DNA of 41,008 bases from an uncultured Clostridia bacterium (GTDB taxonomy: Bacteria; Bacillota; Clostridia; Oscillospirales; Ruminococcaceae), in NCBI GenBank assembly GCA_947072265.1, contig CAMTHN010000001.1:1-41008 (forward strand), written 5' to 3'. This document shows positions 36,013 to 41,008 of this stretch, piece after piece. Position 1 is the stretch's first letter. The number at the start of each line of letters is the position of its first letter. The position numbers were made by a program, and so were the translations under genes. The notes beneath the pieces are model-generated. The model saw only the letters and a list, made by a program, of their open reading frames with translations, ran no database searches and was not told the DNA's origin.

Positions 36013-36737
36013 ATATTTTTCGCCACCTTTTCAAAAACTTCTTCTAAATTTTGGGCATTATACTTTTGTTTTATAGCTACAGGTTCCCCAATTTCATAGA
36101 TGACACCTTTATTTATAATAGCAATTCTATCAGAAAGATATTCTATCTCTAGCATATTGTGGCTGGATAGAAGAAATGAAGTTCCTTTTTTGGCAAGTTC
36201 TTTTATCATCCTTCTTATTTCTAAAGCGTTTATAATATCAAGTCCTGAGGTTGCCTCATCTAAAATAGCTAGCTTAGGCTTATTCATAACAGCACGGGAG
36301 ATTAAAAGCTTTCTAATCATCCCACGACTGTATGAAGAAATTTTATCTTTAAGTCTGTCTCCAAGTTTACATATTTTTATAGCGTTTTCAAAATATTCTT
36401 TTTGTTTTAATTTTTCAGAAGAAACCATAGATGCCATAAATTTTAAATAATAATTTCCGGTCATATTTTTATATGCACCCGCTTCATCCGGAAGATATGT
36501 AATATTTTCTCTAACCTTATTAGGAGATTTTACAAGGCTATGACCATCTATAAAACAGTCTCCAGATGATGGAGTTATTATAGTTGAGATCATCCGAATT
36601 GTAGAAGTTTTTCCAGCGCCATTTGGCCCTATTATAGAAAAAATTTCTCCTGTATTTACGGTAAAAGATATATCTTTTACCGCAATCGTCGATCCGTATT
36701 TTTTTGAAAGATTTTTAACTTCTAAGCATATACTCAC
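36009..36737 (-). CDS. ABC transporter ATP-binding protein (ABC-2/NatA type)
   Basis: Walker A GPNGAGKTS, signature-like YSRGM, and Walker B LAILDEATSGLD. GTG start after AAAGGA. Confidence 0.9.
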   Translation of the reverse strand: MSICLEVKNLSKKYGSTIAVKDISFTVNTGEIFSIIGPNGAGKTSTIRMISTIITPSSGDCFIDGHSLVKSPNKVRENITYLPDEAGAYKNMTGNYYLKFMASMVSSEKLKQKEYFENAIKICKLGDRLKDKISSYSRGMIRKLLISRAVMNKPKLAILDEATSGLDIINALEIRRMIKELAKKGTSFLLSSHNMLEIEYLSDRIAIINKGVIYEIGEPVAIKQKYNAQNLEEVFEKVAKNI

Positions 36738-36833
36738 TAGATAATTCCTTTCTTATATATATATTATTAAGTATATAATTATATCATATAGCTAATAATA
36801 TATATATAATCTTAAATAAAGTGATTAAATCTA

Positions 36834-36862
36834 TTGAAAAAAGATAAAAAACATAATATCAT
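36834..36862 (+). promoter_or_regulatory. candidate promoter (TTGAAA, 17 nt, TATCAT) for the MacB-type ATPase gene
   Basis: Hexamers at 36834-36839 and 36857-36862. This implies a very short leader before 36884. Confidence 0.3.
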
Positions 36863-36883
36863 TGTACTAAGTGTAAATATTTA

Positions 36884-37600
36884 ATGGGATGTGATTTTTT
36901 GTCAAAACTTATTAAACTTATAGAAGTATCTAAAATATATAATAGAGGTGAAAATGAAGTTAGGGCTATAAATAATGTTAGTTTAGAGATAAATAAAGGT
37001 GATTTTATTGCTATAGTTGGAAGTTCTGGATCGGGAAAATCAACAATGATGAATATTTTAGGTTGTTTAGATGTACCTGATGAGGGAAAATATTTATTAG
37101 ACGAAAAAGATGTATCTACATTAGATGAAAACGAATTAAGTAGTATAAGAAATAAAAAGATAGGATTTATTTTTCAAGGATTTAATCTTATAACTAGTCT
37201 TACGGCTTTAGAAAATGTAGAACTTCCGTTGATATATAGGGGAAAAGGAAAAAAAGAAAGAGAAGAGATGGCCCTATCAATGTTAAAAAGGGTTGGACTT
37301 GAAAATAGACTAAGTCATAAGCCGTCTGAAATGTCTGGAGGACAGCAACAAAGGGTAGCGATTGCAAGAGCTTTAGCAACGGCGCCACCAATTATTCTTG
37401 CGGATGAACCTACAGGAAATTTAGACAGCAAGTCTGGAGAAGAGGTTATAAAAATACTTAAAGAGCTTCATAAAGAAGGGAAAACAATTATTCTTATAAC
37501 CCATGATGATGATATAGCAAATATTGCAGAGAGAGTTGTAAGATTTTCTGATGGAATAATTATAGAAAATTATTTTAATAAAGAGAAGATAATTGTTTAA
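36884..37600 (+). CDS. ABC transporter ATP-binding protein, MacB/LolD/FtsE type, without an adjacent permease
   Basis: [23 protein letters not shown] and [11 protein letters not shown]. The start is uncertain: ATG at 36884 or TTG at 36899, neither with a good Shine-Dalgarno. Confidence 0.85.
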   Translation: MGCDFLSKLIKLIEVSKIYNRGENEVRAINNVSLEINKGDFIAIVGSSGSGKSTMMNILGCLDVPDEGKYLLDEKDVSTLDENELSSIRNKKIGFIFQGFNLITSLTALENVELPLIYRGKGKKEREEMALSMLKRVGLENRLSHKPSEMSGGQQQRVAIARALATAPPIILADEPTGNLDSKSGEEVIKILKELHKEGKTIILITHDDDIANIAERVVRFSDGIIIENYFNKEKIIV

Positions 37601-37611
37601 GGAGAATAATA

Positions 37612-39141
37612 TTGTTTATAAAGGTTAATAGCATGGGTCTTAGAGGGGTGGAACCTTTTCTTGTTGAAGTTGAGGCGGATATATCTAAAGGGATGCCATG
37701 TTTTGATATTGTTGGTTTACCCGATGCTGCGATAAAAGAAAGCCGAGATAGGGTTAAATCTTCTATAAAAAATAATGGATATGAGTTTCCTTTAAGTAGA
37801 GTAGTTATAAATCTTGCTCCAGCAGATATTAGAAAATATGGATCTTTTTACGAGCTACCTATCCTTATTTCAATACTTAAAGGAACAAAACAACTAGAAT
37901 GTGATGTAGAAGATAGTATTTTTATAGGTGAACTCTCTTTAAGAGGGGATATTCGTCCTATAAGTGGAATCTTACCGATGGTTGTTAAAGCATATGAAAT
38001 GGGGATAAAACGAATTTTTATTCCTGAAGAAAATTCCTTAGAAGCATCTTTTATAGATGGAATTGATATATATGGAGTTAAAAAGATTGATCAAGTTATT
38101 TTACATCTCTCAGGGGCAAGAGAGCTAGAAAAGGTTGAACATAATAAAAAGTTTAAAAAAGATATTACATATCCAATAGATTTTTCTGAAGTTAAAGGAC
38201 AGTTTGCCGCTAGAAGAGGTTTAGAAATAGCGGCAGCAGGGGGACATAATGCATTATTAATAGGAAGTCCAGGATCTGGAAAGAGTATGCTTGCTAAAAG
38301 GCTTCCCTCCATCCTTCCTGATCTAACTTTTGAGGAAGCAATTGAGTGTACTAAGATATATTCTATTTCTGGGATGATAGATAAAGACATGCCTATAATA
38401 TCAGAAAGGCCTTTTAGATCTCCGCATCATACTATATCTCCAGCAGGGCTTTCTGGAGGGGGAACAACGCCAAAACCGGGTGAAGTTTCTCTTGCACATA
38501 ATGGAGTTTTATTTTTAGATGAGCTTCCAGAATTTTCTAAGATATCTATGGAAATTTTAAGACAACCATTAGAGGATCAATTTATAACTATATCAAGAGT
38601 TAGTGGAAGTGTAGTATATCCTTCTTCTATTATATTAGTTGCGGCGATGAATCCTTGTCCTTGTGGATATTTTGGACATCCAACAAGAGAATGTCGATGT
38701 AGTTCTAATGCTGTTTCTAGATATTTAGCCAGAGTTTCTGGACCGCTTATAGATAGATTTGATCTACACATAGATAGCACCGGGGTTGAATTTAGCGATC
38801 TTTCTTCGGACAAAAAAGTTGAAACTTCTGCAGAGATAAAAATTCGTGTGGATAAATCTAGAGATAAACAGATAGAAAGATTTTTTAAAACAAAAATATG
38901 TTTTAATTCTAGAATATCTCCCGGACAGTTGAGAGAATTTTGCGTTTTAACAGATGATGCAACTGGTATTTTAAAGAGAGCATTTCAGAATCTATGTCTT
39001 TCTGCAAGAGCTTATGATAAAATTATAAAAATTGGGAGAACGATAGCAGATTTAGACAGTAGCGATGATATAGGAAAAACACATATTTTAGAGGCTATAC
39101 AATATAGAAGTTTGGATAGAAAATATTGGCAAAAAATATAG
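37612..39141 (+). CDS. comM: YifB/ComM-family Mg-chelatase-like AAA+ ATPase
   Basis: Lon-protease-C-like N-terminal domain, Walker A GSPGSGKSM, VLFLDELPEF, a CPCG zinc motif and a C-terminal ChlI-like domain. TTG start 7 nt after AAGGAGA. Confidence 0.85.
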   Translation: MFIKVNSMGLRGVEPFLVEVEADISKGMPCFDIVGLPDAAIKESRDRVKSSIKNNGYEFPLSRVVINLAPADIRKYGSFYELPILISILKGTKQLECDVEDSIFIGELSLRGDIRPISGILPMVVKAYEMGIKRIFIPEENSLEASFIDGIDIYGVKKIDQVILHLSGARELEKVEHNKKFKKDITYPIDFSEVKGQFAARRGLEIAAAGGHNALLIGSPGSGKSMLAKRLPSILPDLTFEEAIECTKIYSISGMIDKDMPIISERPFRSPHHTISPAGLSGGGTTPKPGEVSLAHNGVLFLDELPEFSKISMEILRQPLEDQFITISRVSGSVVYPSSIILVAAMNPCPCGYFGHPTRECRCSSNAVSRYLARVSGPLIDRFDLHIDSTGVEFSDLSSDKKVETSAEIKIRVDKSRDKQIERFFKTKICFNSRISPGQLREFCVLTDDATGILKRAFQNLCLSARAYDKIIKIGRTIADLDSSDDIGKTHILEAIQYRSLDRKYWQKI

Positions 39142-39154
39142 AAAGAGGAGATAG

Positions 39155-40042
39155 ATGCTAAAAGATTTAAAATTTTTCACATATCTTATCTTAATAATTT
39201 TATTTATAAGTTTGGGTTTTTTTGATTTAAATATATCTAAAGCAATCTATAATCCTGATGTGGATTGGGTTTTATTTATGGATAGATACGGAGTTTTAAT
39301 TACTCCTATATTTATTTTTTTTGGTTCGATTAGTTTATCTAAGCTTTATATAATAAAAAATAAGAAGAGAAAAAAGAGCCTAAAGTTTTACATAGTGATG
39401 ATAATAGCTTCTTTTATATATATCTGCACTAATCTTATATCGTCTTTCCATTTTAGTATAACTTATTTTATAATGTTTATTTTAACGCTATGGATTGTTT
39501 GCTATATTATTTATTTTGTGTATATTAGTAAAAAGGAAACTCTTATAAGCTTAGAAAATTTTTGTAGGGTTGTCGTTCTAACAGGGGTTTGTTCTATGGC
39601 AACTATATTTTTTTTAAAATTAGGTTGGGGACGAGTTAGATTTTTTAATTTAGACAGTGGATATTCTAATTTTACACCTTGGTATACTCCTCAAGGATAT
39701 AATGGAAATCATTCTTTTCCATCTGGTCATGCAGGAAATATTTCGATTATATTTATATTTCTTATAAATAGTTTTTCTATAAAGACAAAGTTTTCGGATA
39801 TATTTATAAAAATATTGGTTATATTTTTGATATCTATATTTTGTCTAAGTAGGGTTATATTAGGGGCACACTATATGTCAGATATTATTATGAGCGTCAT
39901 TATAGTTGTTTCTTATATGTTTCTATTTTATAATAAAGTTTATTATAAAAAGCCTATAAAAAAGAGTTTGAAAAAATCTAATAAACAAAATATTAATAAA
40001 AAGAAGTCTTCCAGTATAAATAAAAATAAAATTAAAAAATAG
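39155..40042 (+). CDS. PAP2-family membrane phosphatase with a Lys-rich C-terminal tail
   Basis: PSGHAGN and SRVILGAHYMSD acid-phosphatase motifs, multiple TM segments, and the tail KKSLKKSNKQNINKKKSSSINKNKIKK. Confidence 0.75.
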   Translation: MLKDLKFFTYLILIILFISLGFFDLNISKAIYNPDVDWVLFMDRYGVLITPIFIFFGSISLSKLYIIKNKKRKKSLKFYIVMIIASFIYICTNLISSFHFSITYFIMFILTLWIVCYIIYFVYISKKETLISLENFCRVVVLTGVCSMATIFFLKLGWGRVRFFNLDSGYSNFTPWYTPQGYNGNHSFPSGHAGNISIIFIFLINSFSIKTKFSDIFIKILVIFLISIFCLSRVILGAHYMSDIIMSVIIVVSYMFLFYNKVYYKKPIKKSLKKSNKQNINKKKSSSINKNKIKK

Positions 40043-40075
40043 AATGTAAATTGTAAAATTTACATTCTATTTTTT
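40035..40075. terminator. bidirectional terminator shared by the PAP2 gene and the convergent methyltransferase gene
   Basis: AGAATGTAAATT-GTAA-AATTTACATTCT (40041-40068) is flanked by A- and T-runs. Both stop codons (TAG at 40040-40042; TAA on the minus strand at 40060-40062) lie inside the structure. Confidence 0.6.
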
Positions 40076-40788
40076 AATTTTAAGTATTTTTTATTATAAG
40101 GAAGTTGTTTTGCTAAATCCATATAAAAAGGTGGTTCTATTTTTAAAAAAGACTTTCCTCCTTTAACACCTTCTACAAGAAACAACCAGGGAGGAGATTC
40201 ACTATTATTTTGAATAAAGATTAAACGTTTTGGTTCTATATTATATTTTCTCATAGTTTCTAAGATATCTACAAGTCTTTCTGGACGTTGGCATAGTGTA
40301 AATCTACCTTTAAATTTTAGAAGAAGGGAAGCAGATTTTATTATATCTTCATTTGTGCAGAGTATTTCATGGTTTGCAATCTGTTTTTCTATAGATTTAT
40401 TTAAAATTCCTGTATTATTTATTTTATATGGAGGATTTGAGCAAACTAGATCAAAAGTTTGTTTTTTTATAAATGAAGGAAGATTTTTTATATCTGCTAA
40501 AATGGGAAAAAGTTTTTTTTGTAGGTTTGACAAAAAGACTCCTTTAGAAAACTGATCTATAGCTTGTTGTTGTATATCTATTCCATATATTTTTTTTATT
40601 GTTGGTTGATTGCTATATAGTATAGCTGGAATAATTCCACATCCTGTTCCTAAATCACAGATAGATTTATTTTTTTTTGACTCAGAAAAGTTTGCTAAAA
40701 GAAAAGCATCGGTTCCAAATGTGTGGATATTGCTAGTTTGAATAAATATAGATGGTGTAATTTTTTCTATTTTAAAATTGGATATCAA
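40060..40788 (-). CDS. SAM-dependent N6-adenine methyltransferase, tRNA1(Val) m6A37 (YfiC/TrmN6) type
   Basis: Motif I DLGTGCGIIP and motif IV SNPPYK. TTG start 8 nt after AAGGAGA. Confidence 0.78.
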   Translation of the reverse strand: MISNFKIEKITPSIFIQTSNIHTFGTDAFLLANFSESKKNKSICDLGTGCGIIPAILYSNQPTIKKIYGIDIQQQAIDQFSKGVFLSNLQKKLFPILADIKNLPSFIKKQTFDLVCSNPPYKINNTGILNKSIEKQIANHEILCTNEDIIKSASLLLKFKGRFTLCQRPERLVDILETMRKYNIEPKRLIFIQNNSESPPWLFLVEGVKGGKSFLKIEPPFYMDLAKQLPYNKKYLKLKNRM

Positions 40789-41008
40789 TAGTAGATCTCC
40801 TTATATCAAAAAATTTATAAATAATATTTTATCACATTTTTTATAAATTTAAAATATTTATTTAGAAAATCTATTCTTTTTATAATTTGATAATATAGAT
40901 ATAAAGCTCGATATAATAGGTGTTAATAGGCTGTATATAAGCACAATTATTATATATTTTATATCTAATGGAGATGTCTTAAAGATAAACTGTAGGGTAG
41001 GTATATAT

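Noticed and set aside
40789-41008. The 220-nt AT-rich terminal region, checked for a tRNA, a small RNA, an ORF, or a TTGATA...TATAAT promoter.
   Set aside because: It has no cloverleaf-type conserved tRNA segments and no ORF beyond four codons. The promoter-like hexamers have a 19-nt spacer. The region is most likely just the methyltransferase promoter region plus the upstream region of a gene beyond the window edge.

Overview
The window is AT-rich and gene-dense, from a low-GC Firmicute that looks Clostridia-like. Supporting this are spoVT and two conserved gene orders: rimP-nusA-ylxR-ylxQ-infB-rbfA-nrnA-truB-ribF and DUF512-der-plsY-gpsA. I support about 46 protein-coding genes, nearly all core housekeeping: hisS and aspS, translation and ribosome maturation, uvrBA and radC, dut and nudF, lipid synthesis, and redox metabolism. 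One is a 53-aa rubredoxin gene missing from the ORF track. I found no rRNA, tRNA, CRISPR array, transposase, integrase or phage genes, and TGA is used as a stop. GTG or TTG starts fit best for several genes (nudF, mgsA-like, rimP, ylxQ, rbfA, comM-like, the ABC-2 ATPase and the methyltransferase). I do not see a clear-cut novel multi-gene system such as a defence island. The best candidates for follow-up are listed here. (1) A MinD-like gene and an MGS-like gene sit side by side as intact ORFs with eroded catalytic motifs and no minC or minE. (2) An atypical MinD/ParA-class P-loop NTPase heads a four-subunit 2-oxoacid:ferredoxin oxidoreductase operon. (3) A soluble GT2-TPR glycosyltransferase plus an M29 aminopeptidase are wedged between hisS and aspS, and neither synthetase gene has room for a T-box leader. 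(4) A 13-bp hairpin without an adjacent U-tract lies in the rimP-nusA leader and is a candidate NusA autoregulatory attenuator. (5) NusA carries a 4 x 33-bp in-frame tandem repeat forming an acidic C-terminal tail. All calls come from reading the sequence and recalling family motifs. No searches or folding calculations were run, and promoter and terminator calls are by eye.
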